A DNA stretch of 52,027 nt, from the NCBI GenBank assembly GCA_030037595.1, contig JASHQJ010000178.1:1-52027 (forward strand), given 5' to 3'. This stretch comes from Candidatus Binataceae bacterium (GTDB lineage: Bacteria > Desulfobacterota > Binatia > Binatales > Binataceae). The first letter of the stretch is position 1. Every line of letters starts with the position of its first letter. Under the pieces are notes generated by a model. That model saw only the letters and a list, made by a program, of their open reading frames with translations. It searched no databases and was not told the origin of the DNA. This document shows, piece by piece, positions 36,309 to 47,077 of this stretch. The translations under genes were made by a program, and so were the position numbers.

Positions 36309-38203
36309 GTGAAGCGCATATCAACATGCAAGTAGTGTGGTCTCGCTCGCGGCCGTATTCATGCTTTTTTGTCGGCGGCGGCACCGCATCCGCGCAGGGC
36401 TTCGCGGGTGTATTGACCTATCACGACGACAATTTTCGAAGCGGCGCGAACCTGCAGGAAACTCAGCTCACGCCAGCAAACGTCAACACCTCGACGTTCG
36501 GACTCACGTTCACCCGTCCGGTGGATGGTTACATCTACGCCGAATTCGCGCGATGTTGCCGCAGTAAACCTCTGCGCGCAGGGCACTCACAACGTCGTGA
36601 TCGTTGCGACCGAACATGACAGCGTTTATGCATTCGATGCGGACACTCGAGGGTCGCCGCTCGGGCAGACAAGCTTCATCAATCCCGCCGAGGAAGTCAC
36701 GACGATCCCTTCTGCCGACACAGAATGCACCGATCTCGTAGCAGAGGTCGGCATCACAAGCACACCAGTTATCGACGGCAATACCGGCATCGTTTACGTC
36801 GTCTCGAGAACGAAGACAGTACCGCCATCGAACCCCGATGCTACGCCCGTGTACTAGCAGCAACTGCACGCGCTTAACCTAAGCAATGGGCAGGAGATCT
36901 CGGGTAGCCCGGTGACGATCGATCCCGAGCTCCCCGGCACGGGCGATTGGCGGGACGACGATTACATTTAACCCGCTCACGCAGAATCAGCGTGCGGCGC
37001 TGACTATCGTCGCGAACGGCGGTACCAAGACGGTGTACATCGCGTCGGCCTCGCTCTGCGATAAGGGCACCTATCATGGCTGGGTGGTCGGTTACGATGC
37101 GACGTCGCTCGCGCAGGTTGCCGCCTTTAACGACTCGCCCAACGGCAGCCAGGCCGGAATCTGGCAGAGCGACGACGGTCCCGGCGTCGACGCTGACGGC
37201 AATCTATTCGTGAATCAACGGTAACCGAACCTGCGACGTCAATACCGGCGGCGTTGACTACGGCGACCGCTTTATGATGCTGGCCCCCCACTCGGATCGC
37301 AGTCTCGCCGTCGCGACGTATTTTACGCCTTCCAATCAAGCGCTGCTCAATCAGGCGATCTCTCGACCTCGGTTCCGGCGGCCCGCTGCTGCTGCCGGAT
37401 CAGACTACCGGGCCGTACACCTGATCGTGAGCCGCCGCAAGAACGGCACCATTTTCGTCCTCAACCGCGACGACATGGGCGGCTTCAATTCGAGCGGCGA
37501 CCAGGTCGTACCGGAAATTACTTCGCAGAGCAGCGGACTTTGGAGCTCGCCGACCTACTTCAACGGCCTCATCTTCTTGACGCCGAGTAATGACAACGTG
37601 CAGACGTAATCACTGACGAACGGGCTTCTCTCGACTACCCGAATTTCGATTTCCGGCTTTAGCCTCGGCTTCGAAGGCGCGCCAACGGCGATCTCGGCCA
37701 ACCCTACCAGCAATTCGATCCTGTGGTTGATCGATGCGACCGGCGTTCATAATTCGCCCGAGACTCCGTCCGTACTGCATGCATTGAACCCGACGAGCCT
37801 CAGCGATGGGTATTACAACTCGAACATGGTCGCGACTGATACGCCCGGCATGCCGGTAAAGTTCAGCGTTCCTAAAGTCGCCAATGGCAAGGTTTATGTC
37901 GGCACGCAAGCGCAGCTTGCCGTGTACGCTCTTAAGTCCACACTGCCACCTATCGTTTGCGCGCAGCTCAAGGTCTCGCGGACATCTTTGAATTTCGGCA
38001 GCGTCAAGCTCGATGCCAGCAAGTTGACGGTTACAATCAATGCTACCCAAGCCGGAGCATCGACGGGGACGCTGACGATCGTGGACAACTCGAGCAGTGG
38101 CGCTCTTAATGTTTCACTGGGCGCTAAGGGCAAAGCGCCGAAGCTGACTGGGTCTGAATGGCGACTGCTGCGTCGATCAAATCGCGAAGATCGTCTCGCG
38201 TAA
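36309..38203 (+). pseudogene. Decayed secreted PQQ-like beta-propeller protein with remnant C-terminal Ig-like (ASH-type) domain
   Basis: Consecutive fragments in different frames: VLTYHDDNFRSGANLQETQLTPANVNTSTFG / VATEHDSVYAFDAD / GITSTPVID / YHGWVVGYD..GIWQS / DYFTP / VKFSVPKVANGKVYVGT / LNFGSV..GTLTIVDN. In-frame stops at 36855 and 37607. Confidence 0.85.
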
Positions 38204-38300
38204 TCGATCTTTAACCGGACAAGCCACATCCGATCTTGCGGGATTATCCCTGATCTGAAAGTTTTAGCGCGGGACGCACTGTCAGGTGCGTCCGGCTCTG

Positions 38301-39629
38301 ATGCGCGCGCTTAGAACGGAAACCGACAATGCTCCGCTGCCGGCGGGATTCGCTCCCCCCTCGCGCCGCTACCTGATCGCGCTCTTCGCGATGCTCATGT
38401 CGGCCACGATCTTCGAAGGCTACGACATCACGATCTTCCACCTCTGCACGCCGAACATCGCCAAGACCTTTCAGCTCGCAGACCCGCAGATCGGCCTGAT
38501 GGCGACAATCGTGCGCATCGGCGGGATGTTCTCATTCTTCGTGGTGATCCTTGCCGACCGCTACGGCCGCAAGCCGATCCTCTCGGTTACCGTGCTCTGT
38601 TACTCGGTCTTCACGCTGCTGACCGCGCTTTCATCGGGCGTGGCGAATTTCACAGTCTTCCAGAGTTCGGCGCAGGTCTTTCTCGCGGCAGAATTCGGCG
38701 TCGCCGTCACCATGATCGGCGAGGAGTTTCCGGATTCCTCGCGTGGCCGCGCGCTCGGCGCGCTGCACATGGTCGCTTTCCTCGGCGTCACCGCCGCGGG
38801 CCTTGCTTATGGCGTGATGTCGGAAACGCGTTGGGGATGGCGCGGAATGTATCTGCTCGGGCTTGCGCCTCTCTTGCTGATCGCGTTTGTGCGGCGTGGG
38901 ATGCGTGAGACGGTTCGTTTCCAGGCGCTTCAAGCAGAGCGGGCGGCGACTAGTCGCACCTTGCCCGACTTCTGGGTGTCGATTCGGCAGTGCATCACGC
39001 CGCTCCTCGGCTCCTACCGCGGGCGATTGCTGCTGATCGCGACGATGTGGAATTCGATCGGACTCATTGGCGGTCCCACCGTCACTTACTTCAGCCTCTA
39101 TGCGAAGCGCGATCACGGTTGGAAGGCATCCGAGATCAGCATGGCCTTCATCCTGGCCTACATGGCGGGCACGGCCGGTTCACTTCTGTCTGGCTATCTA
39201 ATGGATCGGATAGGGCGTCGATTCACGACGGCAGCGTTCTATATCGTGTCCGGCGTCGCGATGTATGCGCTGTTTCGAAGTGATTCGCATTCGGCGATGC
39301 TCCTCGCCGAAATAGTTACCATGTTTGCGTACCAGGCGGCGCGTACCGCGACCTCAGCGCTCTCGACTGAACTTTTCCCCACCGAGATTCGCGCGACTGG
39401 CTATTCGCTCTGCGTGCAGGTGATCGGCCAAATCGGATGGGCCATCTCGCCGTTGTTGATCGGATTGCTCTCCGCACCGATGGGCGGACTCGGCAACGCC
39501 GCGTCGATATTCGCGCTCGGTCCCCTGGTCGGCGTGGCGCTGGTCTTTGCAATTGTGCCCGAGACGCGCGGACGCACGCTGGAGGAAATCTCGCCGGGGA
39601 CGATATTGGCGCGGGACCAACCAGACTAG
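38301..39629 (+). CDS. MFS transporter (aromatic acid/sugar-type)
   Basis: FEGYD, ADRYGRKP, DRIGRR, ELFPTEIRATG, PETRGRTLEE; alternative GTG start at 38286. Confidence 0.9.
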   Translation: MRALRTETDNAPLPAGFAPPSRRYLIALFAMLMSATIFEGYDITIFHLCTPNIAKTFQLADPQIGLMATIVRIGGMFSFFVVILADRYGRKPILSVTVLCYSVFTLLTALSSGVANFTVFQSSAQVFLAAEFGVAVTMIGEEFPDSSRGRALGALHMVAFLGVTAAGLAYGVMSETRWGWRGMYLLGLAPLLLIAFVRRGMRETVRFQALQAERAATSRTLPDFWVSIRQCITPLLGSYRGRLLLIATMWNSIGLIGGPTVTYFSLYAKRDHGWKASEISMAFILAYMAGTAGSLLSGYLMDRIGRRFTTAAFYIVSGVAMYALFRSDSHSAMLLAEIVTMFAYQAARTATSALSTELFPTEIRATGYSLCVQVIGQIGWAISPLLIGLLSAPMGGLGNAASIFALGPLVGVALVFAIVPETRGRTLEEISPGTILARDQPD

Positions 39630-40144
39630 GCGGCGAGGTGCAGGCGTTGCCGAATCACGCGGCATGCCTCCTCGGGCGCTCCTGAAACATCCACTTCGAT
39701 CGCGTCACGCGGCAGCTCGAGCGTGTCGAACTGGCTGCCGAGCAAATCAGGATCGAAAAAGTGCCCGGTGCGCTTGTGGAGCCGCTCGGCAATCAGCGCG
39801 CGAGGCGCGTTCAGAAAGACCAATCTCACCTTGACTGGATCGATGACGATCATGTCGCGATAACTCTGCTTCAGCGCCGAGCATGCGACGATTGTGTGCG
39901 TGCCGTCGCGAAGGCATCGCGCGATCAGCTCGTGTATCGCGATGAGCCACGGCCGCCGATCCTCGTCGGTCAGCGCAATTCCATCGTGCATCTTGTGGCG
40001 ATTGGCGTTGGAGTGGAATTCGTCGCCGTCGTGCCAATCCCATCCGAGCTCGCGCGCGAGCATCATGCCGATCGTCGTCTTGCCGCTTCCTGACACTCCC
40101 ATCAACACGACGACGACCGGCGCGTCTTTCACCTGATCGGGCAT
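39626..40144 (-). CDS. gntK: Gluconokinase (GntK/IdnK type)
   Basis: MGVSGSGKTT, DGDEFH, LTDEDRRPWL, ACSALKQSYRD, HFF..LLGSQFDTLE. Confidence 0.88.
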   Translation of the reverse strand: MPDQVKDAPVVVVLMGVSGSGKTTIGMMLARELGWDWHDGDEFHSNANRHKMHDGIALTDEDRRPWLIAIHELIARCLRDGTHTIVACSALKQSYRDMIVIDPVKVRLVFLNAPRALIAERLHKRTGHFFDPDLLGSQFDTLELPRDAIEVDVSGAPEEACRVIRQRLHLAA

Positions 40145-40253
40145 CCAAGAAATTCTCGCGCCGATTTTCTTCGGTTTCCATCGTTAATCGTCCGCCTCCA
40201 GTGCGGCCAATTCTGCTAAGCTCGTGCGCACTTCAACCACGAGTGGAGCGATC

Positions 40254-41108
40254 ATGCCGGCTGAATTCAGTCATCACTATGCGAACCTGAAAGACGTGCG
40301 CCTGCACTACGTGACCCTCGGAAACGGCTATCCCGTTGTCCTGATCCATGGATGGCCGCAGACCTGGTACGAATGGCGCCGCGTGATGCCTCTGCTCGCA
40401 GATTCGTTCACACTCATCGCGCCGGATTTGCGCGGGCTTGGCGATTCGTCACGGCCCGCGAGCGGCTATGACAAAAAGACGCTCGCCAACGACGTCTGGC
40501 TGCTGATGAGTGAGAGCCTGGGCCATCGGCGCTTCGCGGTGGTCGGTCACGATTGGGGCGCACCAGTCGCGTTCCGGCTCGCGGCGGATCACGCAGACGC
40601 TGTATCGCATCTGGTGATGCTTGACGTGCCGGTGCCGGGCGACCAGCCGGCGGGATCGGGAATCGGCGGCACGCCGCGATGGCATCACCTGTTCAACCGC
40701 GTTCCTGACCTGCCGGAAGCGCTGACCTTCGGCCGCGAGCGGATCTTCCTTGAATATTTCTTCATGAACGGCACCGACCAGGCGAACGTCTTCAGCGACG
40801 CCGATATCGCGGAATACGTCCGCACGTATTCGCAGCCTGGTGCGATGCGCGCGGGATTCAATTTCTACCGCAACATGACCAAGGATGTCGCCGATAATCG
40901 CGCAACGTTCGCGACCGGATTCAAACTGCCGATGCCGACGCTTGGGCTTGGCGGCGGCGGTTCACGCGGACGCGGCGAATTGGTGGTCGAATCGCTCCGG
41001 CGCGTTGCGGTGCGAGCCGAGGGCGGCTCGATCGCGGATTGCGGCCACTTCATCCCCGAGGAGAAGCCTCGCGAGCTGGCCGACCGTCTGCGCGCTTTTC
41101 TGAAATAG
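40254..41108 (+). CDS. Alpha/beta hydrolase, epoxide hydrolase/haloacetate dehalogenase-like
   Basis: HGWPQ, PDLRGLGDS, nucleophile GHDWG, CGHFIPEEKP. Confidence 0.88.
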   Translation: MPAEFSHHYANLKDVRLHYVTLGNGYPVVLIHGWPQTWYEWRRVMPLLADSFTLIAPDLRGLGDSSRPASGYDKKTLANDVWLLMSESLGHRRFAVVGHDWGAPVAFRLAADHADAVSHLVMLDVPVPGDQPAGSGIGGTPRWHHLFNRVPDLPEALTFGRERIFLEYFFMNGTDQANVFSDADIAEYVRTYSQPGAMRAGFNFYRNMTKDVADNRATFATGFKLPMPTLGLGGGGSRGRGELVVESLRRVAVRAEGGSIADCGHFIPEEKPRELADRLRAFLK

Positions 41109-41119
41109 AATCCGAGTGG

Positions 41120-42748
41120 CTAGTGTGCCGCGGCGGACGAGCCCGCATTCAGCTTCTTGAGCAGCAGGAACGACGGGACGAACAGAAACGCCATCACCGC
41201 GAGCAGGCGATAGATGTCGTTGTATGCCATCAGAGAGGCCTGCGCCTGGACCGTGCCGTAGAGCATGCCGAAACCTTGCGGATTGCCGTTGATCAATCCC
41301 TGCATAAGCGAGAGATGCGGCGCTCCTCGAGCCATCGCCGCGCCATGGTCGAGCCTCCACGCGTCGAAGACCGTGACATGTTGCACGAGATAGGATTGGT
41401 GAATCTGCTCGCGGCTGTTGAGCAGGTTCGACACCATCGAGATGCCGATTGCCGAACCCGTGTTGCGCATCATGTTGTAAAGGCTCGCCGCGTAGCCCAT
41501 CCGCTCGCGCTCGACGCACGACAGCGTAGCGGCCGACATCGTCGGGAAGATGAGCCCGCTGCCGAGACCGGAAATGAAAATCGGCATCAGCACGTTGGTC
41601 ATCGCGACGCCGAGCGTCCAGTGAGCCATCGACCACATCGCGTAGGCCACCACGGCGAAACCGAGGCCGACCAGCCATCGCGTATCGACGCCGCGCCGCG
41701 ATAACTGCCCGATCAGCAGCATCGAGCAGAGGGTGCCGAAGCCGCGCGGCATCACGGCGAGCCCCGATTTCCACGCTGTGTAGCCCAGCAGATCCTGGAA
41801 GAAGAGGGGATTGAGCAGGTTCGATCCATACAGCACCAACACCATCACCATGATGATCACGACTGAGTAGTCGAAAGTCGGGATCTTGAGGATGCTGAGG
41901 TCGAGAATCGGTTCCGGGAACCTGAGTTCGTGGAAAACCAGCAGCGTGAGCGAAATCACCGACGCCGCGGTGAAAATCGTGACCCATGCTGACGAGAACC
42001 AGTCTGCTCGCTGACCGCGATCGAGGACAATTTGCAAAAGCCCAAGGCCCAGCGCCAGGTACGCGATGCCGAGGTAGTCGATGTGCCGCGCCTTCGCACG
42101 CGAGGCTTTCAGGAACGCCGGATCGTGCACGAAAGTGTAAACCATCGTCGCGGCAAGGATTCCGGTCGGCAGGTTGATGTAGAAGTTCCAGCGCCAGTTC
42201 CAATTGTCAGTGATCCAGCCGCCGAGCGTCGGACCGAGCACCGGAGCGACCATCAGGCCGACGCCCCACATCGCCATCGCGAGTCCCTGCTCGGCAGGCG
42301 GAAATGTTTCCATCAGGATCGCCTGCGATGACGGAATCATCGCGGCGCCGGCCGCGCCCTGGATGAGACGGAAAACGACGATTTGATCGAGCGACTGAGC
42401 CGCGCCGCAAAGTCCGGATGCGACGACGAAGACCAGCACGGAGAAGAGAAAATAGCGCTTGCGCCCGAAGCGTCCGGAGATCCATCCCGTCAGCGGAATC
42501 ATGATGCCGTTGGCGACGATGTAGCTGGTCAGCACCCACGTGATCTCGTCGGTGCTGGCGGAGAAGCTGCCCTGCATGTGCGGCAGGCATACGTTGACGA
42601 TCGAGGTGTCGAGCACTTCGAGCGTGGCGCCGAGCATAACGGCGATCGCGACCAGCCACTTGTGCTGACTCGCCGCGTCGGATGATGAACGAGCCGCGGG
42701 TGGCGGAGGGATGGCGGCGCGGGGCGCGGATGATACAGCCGAGGCCAT
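41120..42748 (-). CDS. DHA2 family MFS efflux permease (EmrB/QacA)
   Basis: EVLDTSIVNV, WVLTSY, FGRKR, APVLGPTLGGWI, WRWNFYINLP. Confidence 0.93.
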   Translation of the reverse strand: MASAVSSAPRAAIPPPPAARSSSDAASQHKWLVAIAVMLGATLEVLDTSIVNVCLPHMQGSFSASTDEITWVLTSYIVANGIMIPLTGWISGRFGRKRYFLFSVLVFVVASGLCGAAQSLDQIVVFRLIQGAAGAAMIPSSQAILMETFPPAEQGLAMAMWGVGLMVAPVLGPTLGGWITDNWNWRWNFYINLPTGILAATMVYTFVHDPAFLKASRAKARHIDYLGIAYLALGLGLLQIVLDRGQRADWFSSAWVTIFTAASVISLTLLVFHELRFPEPILDLSILKIPTFDYSVVIIMVMVLVLYGSNLLNPLFFQDLLGYTAWKSGLAVMPRGFGTLCSMLLIGQLSRRGVDTRWLVGLGFAVVAYAMWSMAHWTLGVAMTNVLMPIFISGLGSGLIFPTMSAATLSCVERERMGYAASLYNMMRNTGSAIGISMVSNLLNSREQIHQSYLVQHVTVFDAWRLDHGAAMARGAPHLSLMQGLINGNPQGFGMLYGTVQAQASLMAYNDIYRLLAVMAFLFVPSFLLLKKLNAGSSAAAH

Positions 42749-42774
42749 GGACTTTGCTAAGATGAGCGCGGATT

Positions 42775-42836
42775 CCGACCAGTCAGAGCGGAAGACGACC
42801 CTTATCTTGAATAATGACTGACTGGTCGGTTATTAT
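42775..42836. promoter_or_regulatory. TetR operator pair and overlapping sigma70 promoter
   Basis: ATAATGACTGAC-TG-GTCGGTTATTAT imperfect palindrome (42811-42836). Its core CTGACTGGTCGG recurs inverted at 42775-42786. TTGAAT-18-TATTAT promoter. Confidence 0.65.
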
Positions 42837-42841
42837 CAAGT

Positions 42842-43492
42842 ATGCCCAGGGTAGCCGCCGCCAGACGCGAACAGTACGCCGCCGGCCGCCGCGACCAGAT
42901 CCTCGAGGCCGCGCTGCGCGTCTTCGCCGACAAAGGCTTCGCCGAAACCACCATGGACGAAGTCGCGGCCGACGCCGGCCTCGCCAAGGGCAGCCTCTAC
43001 GTTTACTTCCCGACCAAGGAAGACCTGCTCCGAAAGCTGCTGAGCCGCTTCACCCTCCTGCCTGAGCTGCCGCAGTTGATGGACTCGATTCGCGAGATGC
43101 CGCCCCGCAAGGGGATTCCAAAGCTGGTGACGCAGATCTGGCGCCGCTTTCGCGAGCGGCGTGAGCTCGCGCGCGTCGTGGTGCGCGAAATCCATTCCAA
43201 CGCCGAGCGCGCGCGTATCTTCAACGAAGAGGTCGGCCTTCGCGCCTATCGCCTGCTGGCCGATTACCTCGCGGTCTGGATGAAACGCGGCGATCTCAAG
43301 CGCGCGGATCCGATCGCGACCGCACAGTGCCTCTTCGGGATGCTCTGGTTCTTTTTGCTGTCACAGGAGTTGATGAGCGGCAAGGAGACGCACCCGCTGT
43401 CCGACCAGGCCGTAGGCAAGGTCGTATCGCAGATGTTCCTCGCAGGCGCCGCGGCGCCGGCGCAACTCTCTGCGCGCAAGCGCGGTCGATGA
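42842..43492 (+). CDS. TetR/AcrR family transcriptional regulator
   Basis: ILEAALRVFADKGFAETTMDEVAADAGLAKGSLYVYFPTKEDL; divergent from the DHA2 pump. Confidence 0.93.
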   Translation: MPRVAAARREQYAAGRRDQILEAALRVFADKGFAETTMDEVAADAGLAKGSLYVYFPTKEDLLRKLLSRFTLLPELPQLMDSIREMPPRKGIPKLVTQIWRRFRERRELARVVVREIHSNAERARIFNEEVGLRAYRLLADYLAVWMKRGDLKRADPIATAQCLFGMLWFFLLSQELMSGKETHPLSDQAVGKVVSQMFLAGAAAPAQLSARKRGR

Positions 43493-43542
43493 CAGTCATC
43501 GATCAGGTGGCCCTTCTGTTTGCCAATTGTTACTAAAGGTGC

Positions 43543-44442
43543 GTGGCGAACGAAGTGCCGGTCGGCCTGAAGAGCCTGCTCAAACCCTACCGCATCGACG
43601 GCGGCCGCAAGTTCAGCCTGCGCGACCATGATCCCGCGCGCGTTCCAAAGCAAGCAAACAAAAAGCGCGCGCTAGAGCTTTTGCCGCAGGGTATCGAGGC
43701 GCTGGCGCAGATGCAGGATATGCTCTACGCGCAGAATCTGTGGGCGATCCTGCTGATCTTTCAGGCCCCGGACGCCGCCGGCAAGGACAGCGTTATCAAG
43801 CACGTCATGTCCGGCATCAATCCTCAAGGTTGCCAGGTTTATTCATTCAAGCAGCCGTCCGCCGAAGAGCTTGACCACGATTACATGTGGCGCAGCGCCG
43901 TGCGATTGCCGGAGCGCGGCCGGATCGGGATCTTCAACCGTTCATATTATGAAGAGGTGCTGGTCGTTCGCGTACACAAGGAGTTGCTCACGCGCCAGCA
44001 TATCCCACCGAAGCTCATAACCAAGCGCATCTGGCGCGAGCGCTACGAAGACATCAGCTCATTCGAACACTACTTATCGCGCAACGGCATCGTGATCAGG
44101 AAATTCTATCTTCACCTGTCGCACCGGGAACAGAAGCGCCGCTTTCTCAAACGGCTCGATGATCCCGACAAGAACTGGAAGTTCTCGATTTCAGATGTAA
44201 CCGAGCGTGACCACTGGAACGAATACATGACCGCGTACGAGGAAATGATCCGCTACACGGCAACGCCTTATGCGCCCTGGTTCGTGATCCCCGCGGACAA
44301 AAAGTGGTTCACGCGAATTGTAGTGGCGGCGGCCGTGGTTGACGCGATGCGCGATCTCGATTTGCACTATCCGAAGGTAGATAGAGAGAAACGCGAGGAA
44401 CTCTTTACCGCGCGCCATCAGCTGCTCCACGAGAAGCGCTAG
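43543..44442 (+). CDS. ppk2: Polyphosphate kinase 2 family protein (class III-like)
   Basis: FQAPDAAGKD, SFKQPS.EELDHDY, IGIFNRSYYEEVL, KNWKFS, PWFVIPADKKW. Confidence 0.92.
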   Translation: MANEVPVGLKSLLKPYRIDGGRKFSLRDHDPARVPKQANKKRALELLPQGIEALAQMQDMLYAQNLWAILLIFQAPDAAGKDSVIKHVMSGINPQGCQVYSFKQPSAEELDHDYMWRSAVRLPERGRIGIFNRSYYEEVLVVRVHKELLTRQHIPPKLITKRIWRERYEDISSFEHYLSRNGIVIRKFYLHLSHREQKRRFLKRLDDPDKNWKFSISDVTERDHWNEYMTAYEEMIRYTATPYAPWFVIPADKKWFTRIVVAAAVVDAMRDLDLHYPKVDREKREELFTARHQLLHEKR

Positions 44443-44453
44443 CGCGCAGCTCT

Positions 44454-45191
44454 TCAGCGATCCGGACGATCGCAGGCCACGATCAGAAAAGGCGGGCGCT
44501 CGCGCTCGTTGGCCCAATCCGGATGTGCCGCGATCTGCTCGAGGCTGGGCGCCCATTCCTCGAGGTGGAGAATGCAAAGTCCTGAAGCGAGCAAAAGTCT
44601 CAAATAAGTTCCGATCATTCGATGTTGCTTGATCACGCCAGGTGCGAGCCAGTTCGTGATGCGCGGACCTTCGTCGAGATAGCGATCGATGGGCCAGATG
44701 ATATTTCCGCCCGAATCTTCCGACCATCCGGGATTCGTTGGCGCGGTGAAGATCGGATGCTCGACCGAAAAGACCATTCGACCGCCAGGAATGAGTGCCG
44801 CGAATGCGCGGTGGAAGAGTGCCGCGAGATTCTCGACGTAGTGAAGCGCGAGCGAACTGTAGACGAGATCGAAAGCCGCGGTCGGCGGTGCGTAGTTCTC
44901 GAGGTCGGCCCTTTCGTAGGTGATCGCATCGTCGCGCGTGTTGTCCTTTGCCCGCGCGAGCATCTTCTCGGAGAGATCCACGCCGAACACGCTGCGCGCG
45001 CCGTGTTCGCGTGCCCATCGGCAGAACCACCCGAACCCGCATCCGAGATCCAGCACGCGGCGGCCGTTGAGGGCCGGCAGCAGCGCCTGTATCGATGGCC
45101 ACTCGGGCGCGCCGTCGAGACCTTCAACCGATCGCTTCAGTTGGCTGTAGGCATCGAAGAACGATTTGTCGTCGTAGATATTCTGCGCCAC
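44454..45191 (-). CDS. Class I SAM-dependent methyltransferase
   Basis: VAQNIYDD start (GTG), VLDLGCGFGW, GVDLSEKML, FDLVYSSLALHY, FSVEHPI. Confidence 0.9.
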   Translation of the reverse strand: MAQNIYDDKSFFDAYSQLKRSVEGLDGAPEWPSIQALLPALNGRRVLDLGCGFGWFCRWAREHGARSVFGVDLSEKMLARAKDNTRDDAITYERADLENYAPPTAAFDLVYSSLALHYVENLAALFHRAFAALIPGGRMVFSVEHPIFTAPTNPGWSEDSGGNIIWPIDRYLDEGPRITNWLAPGVIKQHRMIGTYLRLLLASGLCILHLEEWAPSLEQIAAHPDWANERERPPFLIVACDRPDR

Positions 45192-45303
45192 GGCCGCGGT
45201 TGCCTGCGCGAGCATCATAGCCCCGGCCGCGTCGCTGTGCGATGCGTGCTCTCTCAAGCTTGCATCGGGCAGCGAGGTCGGCGAGTTTGCATGCGGAAGT
45301 CGC

Positions 45304-46557
45304 ATGCAATCGGAACAGGAAGCATCGACGACAGGGCAGGGTACCGCGCTCGATGACGGCATGACGCCGCGGCTCGAGCTGTTCGACTCGCCGCGCGCAT
45401 GGCGGATGGTCGCGGCGGCGTTCGTCGCGATGTTCGCGGTTTATGGCGTCGCGTACAGTTTCGGCGCGTTCTTCAAGCCGATGGCTGCGGAGTTCGGCGC
45501 GGGCCGCAGTCTCACCTCGGTCGTCTTCTCGCTCACGGTTTGCGTATGGTCAACACTCGGTACGCTGACAGGTCACCTCGGCGACCGCCTGGGTCCGCGT
45601 GTTGTAGTAGGCGTTGGCGGCCTCGTCATGGGTCTCGGGCTGCTGCTGACCTCGCATATTCACGTGCTGTGGCTGATTTATCTCACGTACGGTGTCGGCG
45701 TTGGGATCGGCGTTGCGTGTGCTTACGTGCCGATGGTTGCGGTGGTCGGGGGGTGGTTTCTGAATCGGCGTAACACGGCGCTCGGAATCGCGGTCGCGGG
45801 AATCGGCTTCGGCACTACGCTGGGCGCGCCGCTCGCCGCATGGCTCGTGGCGCGATATGGCTGGCGCACGAGCGACGTAATCTTCGCGGCCGGCGCGACC
45901 GCTATCCTGCTCGGATGTGCCGCGGCGATCGAGCGGCCTCCGGTCCGGGTCACGCCGTCGAAGATGAATTTGCTCGATGCCGTGCGCACGCCCGCATTCC
46001 GTCTCCTGTATGTTTCCGCGGTCCTCAATTCGATGTCGCTCTTCATTCCGTTCGTGTACCTGCCGGCGTATGCGCACGATCATGGCGCGAGCGAGGTCGC
46101 GGCGGCCGCACTGGTCGGGGTGATCGGCGGCGCCAGCGTTGCGGGAAGGCTCGGCCTCGGCGCGATGGCGGATCGCGCGGGCGTCGTACGTCTCTACCAG
46201 GCGAGTTTCCTCGTGCTCGGTGTCAGCTACCTCATCTGGATGCTCGCTGGAACGTACCCATGGCTGATCACATTCGCGCTGGTGATGGGCGCGGGATACG
46301 GCGGCTTCGTCGCGCTCTCGCCCGCGGTGCTGGCGCATCTATTCGGCACGCGGCGGCTCGGCACGACGATGGGTGCGCTCTACACGAGCGGCGCGATCGG
46401 AGCGCTTATCGGACCGCCGCTTGCGGGACTGATCGTTGATCGCACCGGTAGCTACCGTCTCGCGATCGCGTTCGCCTTCGTGATCGCGATGGCCGCGTAC
46501 GCGGCGCTGATTCCGCTCGGCCGTCACGAGCACTCGACGAGCGCGGCCTTCTCCTGA
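45304..46557 (+). CDS. MFS transporter (monocarboxylate/OFA-like)
   Basis: 12-TM pattern; DSPRAW, YSFGAFF, DRLGPR, GWF..RR..ALGI. Start could be 45361. Confidence 0.88.
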   Translation: MQSEQEASTTGQGTALDDGMTPRLELFDSPRAWRMVAAAFVAMFAVYGVAYSFGAFFKPMAAEFGAGRSLTSVVFSLTVCVWSTLGTLTGHLGDRLGPRVVVGVGGLVMGLGLLLTSHIHVLWLIYLTYGVGVGIGVACAYVPMVAVVGGWFLNRRNTALGIAVAGIGFGTTLGAPLAAWLVARYGWRTSDVIFAAGATAILLGCAAAIERPPVRVTPSKMNLLDAVRTPAFRLLYVSAVLNSMSLFIPFVYLPAYAHDHGASEVAAAALVGVIGGASVAGRLGLGAMADRAGVVRLYQASFLVLGVSYLIWMLAGTYPWLITFALVMGAGYGGFVALSPAVLAHLFGTRRLGTTMGALYTSGAIGALIGPPLAGLIVDRTGSYRLAIAFAFVIAMAAYAALIPLGRHEHSTSAAFS

Positions 46558-46591
46558 CTTCGCGTGGCATGCCGGTTGCTCAATCGTCGCC

Positions 46592-47073
46592 GTGGGTTCT
46601 TATCAAGTTGACAATCCCGGGATCATCGCGCGCCCGCCCCGGATTTATCTCGCTGTTCTGATCGCCGGAATCATTTCTTGACCACTTGTGGCCTGCAGTG
46701 TCCGCTGCGCACCTCTTGGGGCAGCGGAAGGTTCCTTGTTGCGGTCGCGCTGATGGTGATCGGCGCCGCGATGCCGAGGTCTGCAATGGGTCAATTTCGA
46801 GCCGCGCGAACCAATGTGCCGACTCCGATGCCGTCGACAACATTGGTTACGAACGGGCTATATTCCTACTCGCGGAACCCCATTTACATCTCGCTCACAC
46901 TGATTTACCTGGGGCTTGCGATCGCGGCCGACAGCCTCTGGAGCGTGATTTTCCTCGTGCCAATCCTGATACTGATCCGCCACGGCGTGATCGCCCGCGC
47001 GGAACGTTACCTCGAGCGCAAGTTCGACGGCGCGTACGACGACTATCGAAATCGCGTTCGGCGCTGGATCTAA
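46592..47073 (+). pseudogene. Frameshifted isoprenylcysteine carboxyl methyltransferase/PEMT-family gene
   Basis: VDNPGIIARPPRIYL in one frame, LDHLWP in a second, and LVTNGLYSYSRNPIY...ERYLERKF..Y..YRNRVRRWI in a third. Confidence 0.7.
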
Positions 47074-47077
47074 ATCT

